Position numbers and translations under genes: made by a program. From positions 4,528,001 to 4,592,000 of the forward strand of contig CM075996.1 of NCBI GenBank assembly GCA_038087875.1: DNA of 64,000 bases, read 5' to 3'. Below, one piece after another: positions 26,680-39,300 of the stretch. The notes beneath the pieces were generated by a model. That model was given only the letters and a program-made list of their open reading frames with translations. It had not been told where the DNA came from and did no database searches. The stretch comes from Malacoraja senta (taxonomy: Eukaryota). Within the stretch, counting starts at the first letter, position 1; every line of letters starts with the position of its first letter.

Positions 26680-27570
26680 TGGAGTGGCACAATTAGTGGA
26701 GTGGTTGCCTCACAGTTCCACGGATATGGGTTCAATCTTGATCACCAGTACTGTCTGTATGAAGTTTACACATTCTCCCTGTGATCCAGGGCGCTCAGCT
26801 TTCCTCTCAAGGACGAATTTAATTGTGACAAAGCTGATGTGATGCATTTTTTGAAGGCCAACACAGTTAATCGTGGGGTGATGGAGCGCATTGATGAACA
26901 GAGGGAGTTTGGGGAACGTCTATAAAATTAGGAAAGTGGCAACGCAGGTGGATAAAGTAGTAATTAAGGCCTATGGGATACGCCTTCATTGGCTGTGGCA
27001 TGGAATATAGGATCTAGGACATCATGTTACAGCTTTATAAAACATTGGTATGGCTACACTTTGAGTATTTTATACATTTCTGGTCACCCCATTAAAGAAA
27101 CAAAGGACAGGATTGTGCTGGAGAGGCTGCAGAGGAATTCAGCTGGATGTTGCCTGGATTGGAGCATTTCATTTATTGGAAAAGATCGGATAGGCGGTCT
27201 TTGTTTTCCCTGAGACAGAGGAGGCTGTGGGTGACCTGATAGTGGTAAATAAAATTAAGAAATGGATTGATAAGGTAGTGGTGGAGGTGTCTAGAACAAA
27301 AGTACATATGAAGGTGAGGAGTAGGAACCAAGCACACTGGGTTTAGAGTAGGTCTGAGTGAGTTTTTTTCCCACACAGGGTAGTTGGAGTCTGAAGAGGT
27401 GGCATAGGTCCATACTCCCACAATATTGAAGAACTATCTGGATAAGTCAGTTGCTGAGACACAGGCTAGAAACCTAATGCAGGTAAATGGAATTAATACA
27501 GATAGGTACAATGAACAGCATGGTAATTATGGGCCAAAATGTCTGTTTTTGTGTTGTATGACTCTATGAT
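26680..27570 (+). mobile_element. Old V-SINE fragment followed by a degenerate CR1-type LINE fragment
   Basis: SINE head at 26685-26810; downstream similarity to CR1 ORF2 (KAYG..AFI, LERLQR, WIAWIG-like stretches) with many disruptions. Confidence 0.55.
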
Positions 27571-29184
27571 GTGTAGGTTGTTCTGTTAATTGGCCATTAC
27601 CATTGGAGTTAATTGGAAATTGCCTCCAATTTGCAGTTGAGTGGTAGAAGCTGGTTGATGGGCTTACGGAGAGAATAAAATGAGAATAAAATTCAATCTG
27701 AAGAAGGGTCTCGACCCGAAACATCACAAATTCCTTCTCTTCAGAGATGCTGCCTCACTCGCTGAGTTACTCCAGCATTTTGTGTCAACCTTCGATTTAA
27801 ACCAGCATCTGCAGTTCTTTCTTACACAGAATAAAATGGGATATGTGTAAATGGTTATTTTATCATCAGCAGAGATTTTGTGGAAGGGCCTACTTTTGTG
27901 CTGTACACCTATATGCACCCCCTCCAGATATCCCAGCATGTAACATTGTTAAGGCAAGTTTTAAATTACATAGCAATGGCTTTTATCGATGGCATGAATA
28001 TTGTTTGATTTAAATTTTTTTTAATTCCAAGAAAACCTGAGGGGCTGTTATTGATTAAAACTTAAATTCAAATACCAACTACAATGCAACAACGACAGTC
28101 AAAAAAACTTAAAGCAGCTCTGTGTGTTTTATATTGTTGACAGGTTTCATAAAGTCCTTTATTCTTGAACTCTGCTTTTCCTTTCCCTGAAAATGTTCAT
28201 ACATGATGGAAATTTTTAATGTTAACCGGTTTAACCTTTCTAAGTTTCTATTTGACTTACACTGAGTAAGATGTTGCATGTGCTTTCCCCTGATTTTCCC
28301 TTCAGTCATTGCTATACATATTTGCCTACTTTAGCATCTCCACCCATGACTTAATGGTTACTAATGTTGATTTCAAGATTACAACATCTCATCTCCCAAT
28401 ATCTCTCCATATAAATAAACTCCCTCCTTGCCTTTTCCGGCATTTTTATGACTGATAAATAAATGTGTTAAAAGACAAAATAATATCCAGGAGTTGGAGA
28501 GTTATGAACCTTGTATTATGAAGACCTTTTCCTGTACTCTTTGATTGTAATATACATCCTTACCACAAGGATATACAAAGCCTGGAAAATAAATATGGTA
28601 TAAACAAATAAATAAACAGGATGAAAAAGGTGTAATTAGGTAGAAAAAGGAAGCAGAGTAAAAATATTTGAGATGCAAAGGTAAAATAAATTCTACAATC
28701 CTGCTTCTGTGCTCTGATGATTTGCATTTCAATGGCAGTCAAGGGCTGAAAGGATAAAAAGTGCTGGAGTAACTCAGTGGGTCAGGCAGCATCTCTGGAG
28801 AACATGGATAGGGATCTTCCCTACAGCCATCAGGCTATTAAACACAGCAACCTCCAAATAAGCTCTGAACTACATAGACCTGGGGGCATTGGTTTTGTCT
28901 TTTTGCACTATTATAGTTTGTTTGTTTTATGTGTGCGTGAGTATGTACACACACGTGTATCATTTATTATATTGTTTACAGAGTACTATGTTTACATATT
29001 ATGTTGTGCTGCTGCAAGAATTCCATTGTTCTGTGTAGGAAGGAACTGCAGATGCTGATGATGATGAACACAAAATGCTGGACTAACTCAGCGGGACAGG
29101 CAACATCTCTGGCGAGAAGGAATTGGTGACTTTTCGGGTTGTTCTATCTGGGACATATGACAACTCAAACTCAGTGCATATTAT

Positions 29185-29780
29185 AAGACAGTCGACAGAC
29201 GCCAACAGGATTAACAAACTCATCAGGAGGGCTGGCTCTATCCTGGGGACGGAGTTGGATTCATGGGAGGTGGTCTTGGAGGGGAGGACTCAGGATGTTC
29301 CTCAAACTGCGGACAATACAGCTCACCCCCTCCAGCTTGGACCAAAGATACTAACTGCTCACCCTCTCCATGACACACTGGTCAACCTGAGGAGTACCCT
29401 ACCATAGTTACCCAACCAGATGCAACTAAAGTTAAGGTAGCTCTTACTTCCCAAAAACCCTTTCTGGCTTAAGTCCTCCCTCCACCACCTCCAGTTTAAA
29501 TTCCATTTGGAATATTTTGGAGGACCAAGAAGAACCAAGCAACAAATTGATTCCGCCAAGATGCAGCACAGAACGCCACAGGAGATCCTTTTTCCCTGTG
29601 GCTATCAAACTGTACAACTCCTCCTTCTGTCGTGGGGTAGACTGACTCCCCTCTCCGCAATCTTTGCACATCCCCAATCCTTTCCACTCGTCGCTTTAAT
29701 TTAATGTTTCATGTATTTTGTGTTTTTTATGACTGTTGGCAGATCAATTTCCCTCCTGGGATAAATAAAGTTCTAATCGT
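29185..29780 (+). mobile_element. Rex1/Babar-like LINE 3' fragment
   Basis: Translates to DANRINKLIRRAGSILG..HPLHDTL..PPRCSTERHRRSFFPVAIKLYNS; ends in GGGATAAATAAAGTTCTA. Confidence 0.6.
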
Positions 29781-29899
29781 GTCATAACTCGACCTCAGTA
29801 CATATACCTCATTACAAGTCTACTTCAGTGCATATTACTCAATGCAACTGCATGTACCTCATTACAACTCTACTTCAGTGCATATAATAAGTGGGTTAC

Positions 29900-30337
29900 C
29901 TCACCGAGACCTCAGGCTTCGGGCGGGCGGCTCTCACTAAGGCCGCGTCACCATGACGACCGGCCGTGACGCCGCATCGCCCCACCGGGCGGAGCGCGGG
30001 CCCATTGGCCGTCCGCTGTCTCGTGTTGCCCGACACGACGAACGGTCACCGCTCGCGCCACAGTTCGAGAGGACGCCGCGCGGACGGGGGGCGGGGCCTG
30101 GGGAGGGAGGGAGGGCGGCGCGACGCGTCTCGACTCGACCCGACCCGCCGGCAAGATGGCGCCGCTGTCACCGAGGAAGCACCACCGCCACGGAGAATAA
30201 CAACAACAACAATGCTGCCCGAAAGTGGTGGATACGACAAAGTTTCTTATTAACAAGGGAGTGGGGTTGGGGATAGTCACGCTCCCATTATTACTATCCC
30301 CAGAAAGTAGTATTTTCATCACCGCACTGTTAAAGCA
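29900..30337 (+). promoter_or_regulatory. SREBF2 CpG-island promoter / 5' UTR
   Basis: CpG island; SRE-like ATCGCCCCAC 29976-29985; inverted CCAAT (ATTGG) 30004-30008; GC boxes at 29987 and 30088-30097; YY1-type AAGATGGCG 30153-30161. Confidence 0.8.
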
Positions 30338-33300
30338 ATGGAGAACGAAGACATGTCGCTTGAAAATATGGACCCCTCACTGACTGAGTTCAGTGAGGGA
30401 CTCAATTTTGGGGATATAGATGGTGAGTCGATATTTTGCCCAGCTTACCCGATCTCTCAGGATGGGATACACCTGGATATTGGATGTCACCCATCGAAAA
30501 TATATTGTTTTGAATATATGTGTGTGTGGAAAGTGGGTATAAGGTATTTTTAGTTATTTACTTTCCTTAGCGTTAGGGGTTAATTAATAAGAGGTAATAA
30601 GTTCAGTGTGGCGATTGAATATATCACGACTTTGCTACTTATGTAAAATAGTGAATCTCATTTTGTTGATCAGTGTTTCTTGTCTTCAATCATACTCATT
30701 GTGCCCATGCTGGCTAATAAAATGCGATTGAGGCTTGTTCCATTTTCCAGTTACTGCTTGGCATCATTGTACAGCAGATCGAGCTCATCTAGGTTCTTTT
30801 TAAATGTGTCGAAACCTGCTGCCTCCAAAAGACTTTCAGGCAGTGAGTCATTTTTCCTGAAGATTCTGTTCATAAGTAAGTTATTCTTAAATCTGTGCCA
30901 ACTGATTATTCATCTTTCTGCTTAGGTTAACTCGCCTGTACCTATTACCTTATCTGTGTATAATTGAATAAAAACGTAAATAGACGTGGAAGTAGGGCAA
31001 TCGGCTGTCAGCTTGCTCTGACATTCCATAAGACTATGGCTGGTGTTTTCATTCAGCACCGTTTTCCTGTACTAACTGCTTAACTATTGATTTCCATAAC
31101 AATATAACTTTTGGATTCCAAATCCAAGACCCTTATGGAATTGTGTCTTATATATACAAAGCTAGTGAGCCCCCATATCCACTGGATGATGTAATTTCTT
31201 CTGTCCCAAATGATTGACTTCCAGCCATGGTAAACATCCTCTTGAAATAGAGACCAATTTACCATTTATTCCTAATTGTTTCCTGTATCTGCATGTGCCC
31301 GTGTTATACAAGAATGCCGAGGTCTTCCTGAACACGTTTCTTTAAGTCTCTCACCTTTATAAAGAAAATCTCTGCCTTTTTTATTTATTCCACCACTTTG
31401 CATTCTCCTCCATCGGCTGATTACCTTTCATTTAGCCTGTCCATATTCCCCTGAAGCCTCTCTGCGTTATCCTTCAAACTCATAATTTTATGCATCTTAC
31501 TTAAAATTCCCCTCCAGTTCTTCTGTTCAATGAAAGTATTGCCAAAGATGGACACGAAATGCTGGAGTAACTCAATGGGACAGGCAGCATCTCTTGACAT
31601 TTGGGTGACATTTCGGGTCAAGACCCTTCTTCAGACCGAGAGTCAGGGGAGAGGGAGACAGAGATAAGGAAGGGTAATGTGTGAAAATGGGACATTAAAG
31701 GTGATGAAGTTTAAAAAAATGTAGAATAGATTATTGTTAGCTCGGAGAAGGTGACAGCGAGGCAAACAGATAAAATTTAATGGGGGACAGTTAGACTGGT
31801 CAGAGAACTAGGAAGCAGGAGGGATAGACAGAGGGAAAGCAGCGGTTACTTTAAGTTAGAGAAATCAATATTCATACCGCTGGGGTGTAAGCTGCCTAAG
31901 TGAAATATGAGGTGCTGTTCCTCCAATTTGCGCTGGGCCTCACTGAGTGGAGGAGGCCCAACGCAAATGGAGTGGAGGAGGCCCAGGGTACAAAGGTCAG
32001 TATGGGAATGGGAGTAAAAGTCAAAGTGTTTAGCAACTGGGAGGTCAGGTAGGTTTAGGCGGACTGAGTGGAGGTGTTCAGCGAAACGATCGTCGAGCCT
32101 GCACTTGGTCTTGCCGATATATAGGAGTCCACACCTGGAACAGCGTATGCAGTGGATGAGGTTGGAGTAAGTGCAAGTGATCCTCTGCCTCACCTGAAAA
32201 GACTGTCGGAGTCCTTGGACAAAGTCAAGGGAGAAGGCAGAGGGATAGATGCTGCATCTCCTGCAGTTGCAGGGGAAAGTACTTGGGGAGGGGGTGGTTT
32301 GGGTGGGAAGGGACGAGTTAACCAGGAAGTTGCAGAGGGAATGGTCTCTATGGAAAGCAGAAAGGAGTGGCGATGGGAAGATGTGGCTAGTGGTGGGATC
32401 CCGTTGGAGGTGATGAAAATGTCGGAGGATTATGTGCTGTATGCGATGACTGATGGGATGAAAGGTGAGGACTAGGGGGACTCTGTCCCTGTTGTGACTG
32501 GGAGGAGGGGAGCAAGAGCTAATATTGCCAATCTTTGCCTGTACCTTGGCCAATAACCTCATTAAACTCTCCTGAGCCCTTACTAGTGTGGGCAGCCCTA
32601 TAACCATCCAAGATAATGGTGGTCCACTAATTTTGATCACTTGCTCACCCCAAGCATCCTTCATTAATGCCAAAGATTCAGACATCTCAAATGTATAAGA
32701 TCTGGATCTGTGTAGCTAATGTCCCATTTTATTTTTTTAGGGCGGCACTCGTTTCCTTAAACCTCTTTGATTAAGTTTTTGGCCAGATACTCCAGCAATT
32801 CACTTGTTTATGCTCTCAACTCCAACCCTCTGTTGTTGGCACATTTAGAAATGTAGCTTTCATTTCCATCGTTCAAATTATTAACACACATTGTGAGGAG
32901 CTGGGGCCCAATCATCGATCCCACTAGTCATTGCCTGCCACCATAAGAAAATCCTATTTATTCATACTGTTTCCTGTCTGTATACCACTTTTCAATTGGT
33001 GGCAGTGTGTACCCTAATCCCACATACTTTAATTTTGCACATTACCTGCCATGAGCCACCTTATCAAAGGTCTTCAGAAAATATAAATTAATGCACACCC
33101 ATTATCCTTATCTATTCCAACAGTTACATCCTCAACAAACGAATGAACTTCAATAAGTTAGTTAAATGCGACTGCTTTTGTAACTCTACATTGATTTTTG
33201 TCTGACCCTGTTGATATTTCCACCTGAAATATTTTACTTCCGTGTTCTTAGATGTTACAGGTTAATAAACCTGGATACCTAACTGCAATGGGATAAACAG

Positions 33301-36300
33301 CAATGTAAAGATGCACATCAACAGTATTTAACATATTTTGATGGCTTAACTTCAGAATACAACACCTGCTTTTTCATGTGTGAATGTTAATGACTGGGGG
33401 ATGGGGGGGGGGGGGGGGGGGAGAGGGGAGATGGAGTCGGGACATTCTAATGTATAATGTGTGATTGTGATGCTACCAGTAAATATTGCAGATGCTGAAA
33501 ACCTGAAATAGGAGGAATTGCTGGTAATAGTCAGAAGGTCAAGCAACATGCGTGGGGAATATATTGGGATTCATGTATCTGGTCATTTTTTGAATATCAT
33601 TCATGATGGAAAAAATCTTGATCTGAAATGAAAATTGTGAAATGTCTAATAACAAATTTATTAAATAATCCTGAATAAGTTTGAAGAAGGGTAATTGTGA
33701 CCCAACATGTCACCTATCAGTTCTCCAGAGATGCTGCCTGACCTACTGAGTTACTCCAGCACATTGTGAACTTTTTAATTAAATAATGCCCGCATTGCGT
33801 CATACAAGATCTACATTAGCTATTTCCCTAGTTATTCCCTCAACATATTGATCTAGAAAATCACCTTGTAAATGTGACAAGTATTTGTCTTTCACCTTAT
33901 GACCGCTAATTTAATTTAGAAAAATAGAAAATATGTGCAGGAATAGGCCATTCGGCTCTTCGAGCCAGCACCCCAATTCAATATGATCATGGCTGATCAT
34001 CCCCGTTCCTGCTTTTTCCCCATATCCCTTGATTCCGTTAGCCCTAAGAGCTAAATCTCTCTCTTGAAAACATCCGGTGAATTGGCCTCCACTGCCTTCT
34101 ATGCCAGAGAATTCCACAGATTCACAACTCTCTGGGTGAAAACGTTTTTCATCATCTCAGTCCTAAATGGCCTGAGGAAAAACTGCTTGATCTCTGTGAA
34201 GATTTGTCCCCAATGATGACTATATTCCACCCGTCAAATGCATGTCTAACTTCCTTTTCATGTCATATTCTACAAATAATGCACCCAGAGGCATTGACAT
34301 AAGTGAACACATGTTGAGGTTTAGCAAGTTTTGAAACTGGAATTTATAAGCACCTGTGTTTCTTCAAGAATAACACAGAATGTTCCATATTTCTTCAAGA
34401 ATAACACTGAATGTTCCATGGCTGATCTATTTTTCCCTCAACGACCTGCCTTTACCCCGTAACCTTTGATGCCTTTGCTAATCAAGAACCTATCAATCTC
34501 CGCTTTAAAAATACCCAACGACTTGGCCTCCCCAGCCATCTGTGGCAATGAATTCCACACATTCACCGCTATCTGGATGTTGAAACGCAATTCCACAAGC
34601 TTCAGTATATAATTTAGGAGATACTGCAGTCAAGGGTACGTCCTGCAGTGCTCAAGGTGCCATCTTTTGAATGGAATGTTTTAATGAGGTCATATCTCTT
34701 TACTCAAATTGAGACATTGTCCCAATGAAAACAGGAATGTTCCCTGATATATCCTCATTAATATTTTGTATTCAGACATCTTTATTAAAAAAGCAGATTA
34801 TATCTAGTTTATTTTGTTGCTATTTCTAAATTGGTTATTACATTTCGTTAGTTTGAAATAGTTGCTGCATTTATAAGGTAATTCATTTGCTATAAAGTAC
34901 TTTCAGATGTTCTGTAATAGTAACAAAATGCTATTAAAGGTATTTTTAATTAAAAAAAAAAAGAAAATCACTTCTTCAATTCAATAAGGACCTTTTCAAA
35001 TTTATCTGCAACTTTTGAAACAATACATAGTAAATTTCAAGAAATTTTTGAAACAATATCATAAATTTTGAGTATATTTTTCTCTAAGCTGCTGTATATA
35101 AGCTTCAGCTAATATTAAACAATTCAAATTGGACACAATAAAACATCTTGCATTCATAAATACCTTTTAAATTAACAGGTAATGAGGGTAAAATTAAGAA
35201 GGAACCAAAGAACGCTGTGATGGCTCATGAGAAGTTTGATCAAAATGTAAATTAAAAAATTGATCTTGAAAAAGTATAGAGATAAAGAATGGCACAGCTA
35301 CTAACTTTCTGACAGTGAAATTGCAGGAGGTAGTGGGAGAAGAGGGGGCTGGAAGGGTTGTTAGAAGATCACAGAGGAATGGATCAAAATGGAATGGCTG
35401 TGAAAGATTTGACCATGAGAACTGGGATGCAGAAAATGTTTACCAGAATGGTGCCTGGATTAGTCACAAGGAGAGGTTGGACAAACTTGGATTGTTTTAT
35501 CTGGAATGCCAGAGGTAGAGGGGAGATCTGATAGAAGTAAAACAATAGAGAGGCATAGACAGTCAGAACCTTATATCCAGGGAGGAAATGTTAAAAACTG
35601 GATAGCTAAGTTTAAAGGACATGTGCCCATTCCTTCTATCCAGCGATGCTGTCTGTCCTGATGTGTCTATCTTCAGAATACAGATGTTTATTCATAGACA
35701 ATCGATTATATAATTAATATATTATAACTAATATATTAATAGTGGGGGTTGTGTGAGTGCTCTTGTCAATGAATCTATTGTACACAATTAAATCTCGAAC
35801 TATGAAACTTTTCTTGTAAATATTACAAGAGTCTCTCATCACATTGAGCAAAAGGAAGCACATTGCAGTACATGGAAATGCTATCGGTATCTTTCCAAGG
35901 TTAATGATTGCAGTATTCTGCAAACTGGAAAAGTCCTGAATGACTCTTGTTTTAATGTGCTATAATGGATTCTTGTTTTACAATTGAAATTCTCATCAGC
36001 ACATGAACCGAACACTTTGAAGTCGTCTTTATTAATATAAAACTCATTTAATCATATTCTGATAATTAGGCTGTGGGCCGAGCATCAAAAATGTGTCTAG
36101 AAATCAACTTTCGTGACCCATGTCTCGGAACTACATGAAATTTTGCATAGATTTAGATAACATATAATTGAGAAGGAAGTCGTAACTAGTCAGTGCCAAA
36201 AGTTGCACATTAATTAATTAAACTAATTAGAAAATGAGATCGAAAAAGTAAGCGCCATCTAGTGTCCAATGCCCATATTACACCATGGGGAGCCTATTTC

Positions 36301-39300
36301 CGTGTTGCAGACTATTTAAACCATATATTATTATACCTTATACCATGACTTGTGAATATGACTGTAATCATATATAATTACATTATATAAAAGTAATATA
36401 ATGAATATAATTGTGAGTGTGTATTTTGAATGAGTGCCGCAGAGATCCGGCACCTGAACCAGCCTAATTCATGGGTGAGGGCAGTTCCTGTGGGTTCCCC
36501 CGTTTACTGAACCCCACTGACTGCCAGTGTGCAGAGTTGGGGTCACAGCCATAGTGGGACTGGGGCAATGCCAGGCTGGGGAAAGGCTAAGGCATCTTCC
36601 ACTGACAGAAAAATGCCTAACCCTAACCCTAACTTGCCCCCCTTCCAGAGCTGCCCACGGCTGGAGCTGGAGCTGCTTTGGGACCGGCTGCGGGCTCCGT
36701 ACGTGTGGCCCCGCAGCGGTCCACCTCGGCCAGCGTGCCCTTCTCGATCATCGTGGTGATGATGGTGGGGAGCACTGCCCTGCACGCCGCCTGGGCCACC
36801 TTCAACACCACCATAGCGCCGACTCCATCAGACCGCCTGCTCGCTCGCTGCAACACCGGCCATCTGATAGCCCGACTGACCCCTCGCAGCACCCACTGGC
36901 CGTCTGACCACTCGCAGCACCCACCGGCTATCCGACCACTTGCAGCACCCACCAGCGGCCCGGCCACTCTCACCATCCACCGGCGGACCGACCACTCTCA
37001 CCATCCACCAGTGGCCCGGCCACTCTCACCACCCATCGGCGGCCCGGCCACTCTCACCACCCACCGGCAGCCCGGCCTGGCTGACCACTTTCACGACCCA
37101 CCGGTGGCCTGGCCCGGCTGACCACCCTCACGACCCACCGGCGGCCCGGCCACTCTCACCACCCACCGGTGGCCCGACCACTCTCACCACCCACCGGCGG
37201 CCCGACAGCCCGACCAATCCTCCACAGGATCCATCGGCCTACCGACAAGCCAGACCGACCGACTGATCCTGACCCTAACCCTAATTCTAACCCTAACCCT
37301 ACATTTGTTATTTATCATTTTTACTTAATAGTTCACATGATAACTTTATAAATATAAATCAATTGAAAAACAAAATGATCAGCAAGGTTAGCATTACCTT
37401 TATTCCTTGGAAACCTTGTTATTGTTTTGATGTAATGAGGAGACAGCCATGATCCCAGGGTCCTCGCTGCCTAGCTACCATAAAACAAAGCGAGGGATTG
37501 GTCAATTTGCGTCCGACCTCAACGTCAAACGTGCATTGATTGGACAATTACTACTCTGGAAAATTGGAAGTTTTTGTCATATTTTTAAAAAATTTGCAGC
37601 ATTTTGGTCTTGAGGAGTTTCAGGTATGATTTATATAATATTTTTACACAATATGTTAAAAATACTGGTAGTTCCTTGAGTTGGGTCACGAACTTGAACA
37701 AAAAAGCTCCTCGGCCTACAGCCTAAATATACGGTTACTGATCTTGGTTTCGAGCATTAACATTTTGTATTTAGTGCTATGTTGTGAGGAAATAAGTGGC
37801 TCACATGAAAGTGTATCTTTGTTCCTCAATGATAATAATTTCATTATCTTTTTATAGAAATGCTGCAGTTTGTCAATGGCCAAGTTGGTGATTTTCCTGA
37901 CCTGTTTGAACAATTCAGCAGTGGTCTGACGGGATGCGACAAGCTTGACCAGCCTCCAGTTGCTCTACCACAGCAAGGAGGGCAGCAACAAGCGCCACTC
38001 CAACAGCAGCAACTGGTACAGCAACAAGCGCCACTCCAACAGCAGCAACTGGTACAGCAACAAGCGCCACTCCAACAGCAGCAACTGGTACAGCAACAGC
38101 CGCAGCAACAGCAACTAGTGCAGCAACAGGCGCAGCAACAGCAACTGGTGCAGCAACTAGTGCAGCAACAGTCCCAGCAACTGGTGCAGCAACAGTCCCA
38201 GCAACTGGTGCAGCAACAGCCGCAGCAACAGCAACTAGTGCAGCAACAGGTACAACAACTAGTGCAGCAACAGGTACAACAACAGCAACTAGTACAACAG
38301 CAGCAACTGGTGCAGCAACAAGTTCAAACCTCCATGGCACCAACACTCCCACAGACTCCTTCACCTGTAACCCAAAGGATCACCCCTGTTCTTCACCCTC
38401 GCCCACCGCACACACAACCACAACAAACGTTCATGATAACATCAAATTTTACCTCTGCACCAACACAGACTCGGATTATTCAACAGCCTGTGCTCACTTA
38501 CCAGAATCAAGGAGGATTTTCAGGTATGTGTTTACATAGATAGTATTTTAGAATCTTGTGGTTGAGTGGAATTCATGATTAAATGGCCTTTGAATCCACA
38601 TTAATTGTCGGTGAAATGACACCCTGATTTCAACACAGGAAACTGTACACTTGAGGTTTAAGCTTCATACATTGTGGCCAAGAGTTTTGTGTTCTTATCA
38701 AAAGGACAGCACAGTTGTGCATCTAGCAGAGCCATTGTCTCACAGTGCAGACACCTGGGTTCAATCCTCACCCCGGGTGCTGTCCAGGAGAAGTTTACAC
38801 ATAATCCCTGCGGCATGTGGATTTCTTCTGGATGCTCCTGTTTCTTTCCACATCCTAAAAATGTGCTGGACAGTGGGTTAATTGGCCGCTAATTTTGCCC
38901 GATGTATAGATGGGTGATAGAATCTGAGGAGAGTTGGCATGAATGTACAGAGAATAAAATAAAAACTTGATAAAAGAGGAATCACCTGAATCCTTTATTA
39001 TATTTAATAATTGTGAATTATGTTCCTGTAATTCAATTGAAAAATGATGTGTTACAGGGCTCTAGCTTAACTTTTTTTTCCTGTTGCCAGCCGGGCAAGC
39101 TTGGCAGCTTTTTAGGTTGCCAAATGACAGTTTAGGTGGTCATTTAAGATGGCTTGCATGACGCGTGCGATAATGTGCTCGGACGAAGTGCGTAGTTACC
39201 AGTCGGAATTATACTCAATGAAGCATTCACATATTATTTCTGCTTCAAATATAAGTCACAAACTAAACATATTTCACCAATCAAGACATGATATATCCAC

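Noticed and set aside
29797..29885. Short tandem duplication (TACCTCATTACAA..CTACTTCAGTGCATAT) upstream of the SREBF2 promoter
   Set aside because: Simple local duplication with no evidence of function.
29948..30322. Overlapping ORFs across the SREBF2 CpG island
   Set aside because: Expected stop-codon scarcity in GC-rich promoter DNA.
34359..34420. 31-bp direct repeat pair, also a 40-bp pair at about 53985-54065; superficially CRISPR-like
   Set aside because: Only two adjacent copies with no spacers, in eukaryotic DNA: slippage duplications.
36527..37351. Several 100-150 aa ORFs in the GC-rich segment
   Set aside because: Products of the 28-bp minisatellite; low complexity, no transposase motifs.
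37915..38364. Antisense Ala/Val-rich 149-aa ORF
   Set aside because: Mirror of the CAG/CAA-rich coding repeat.
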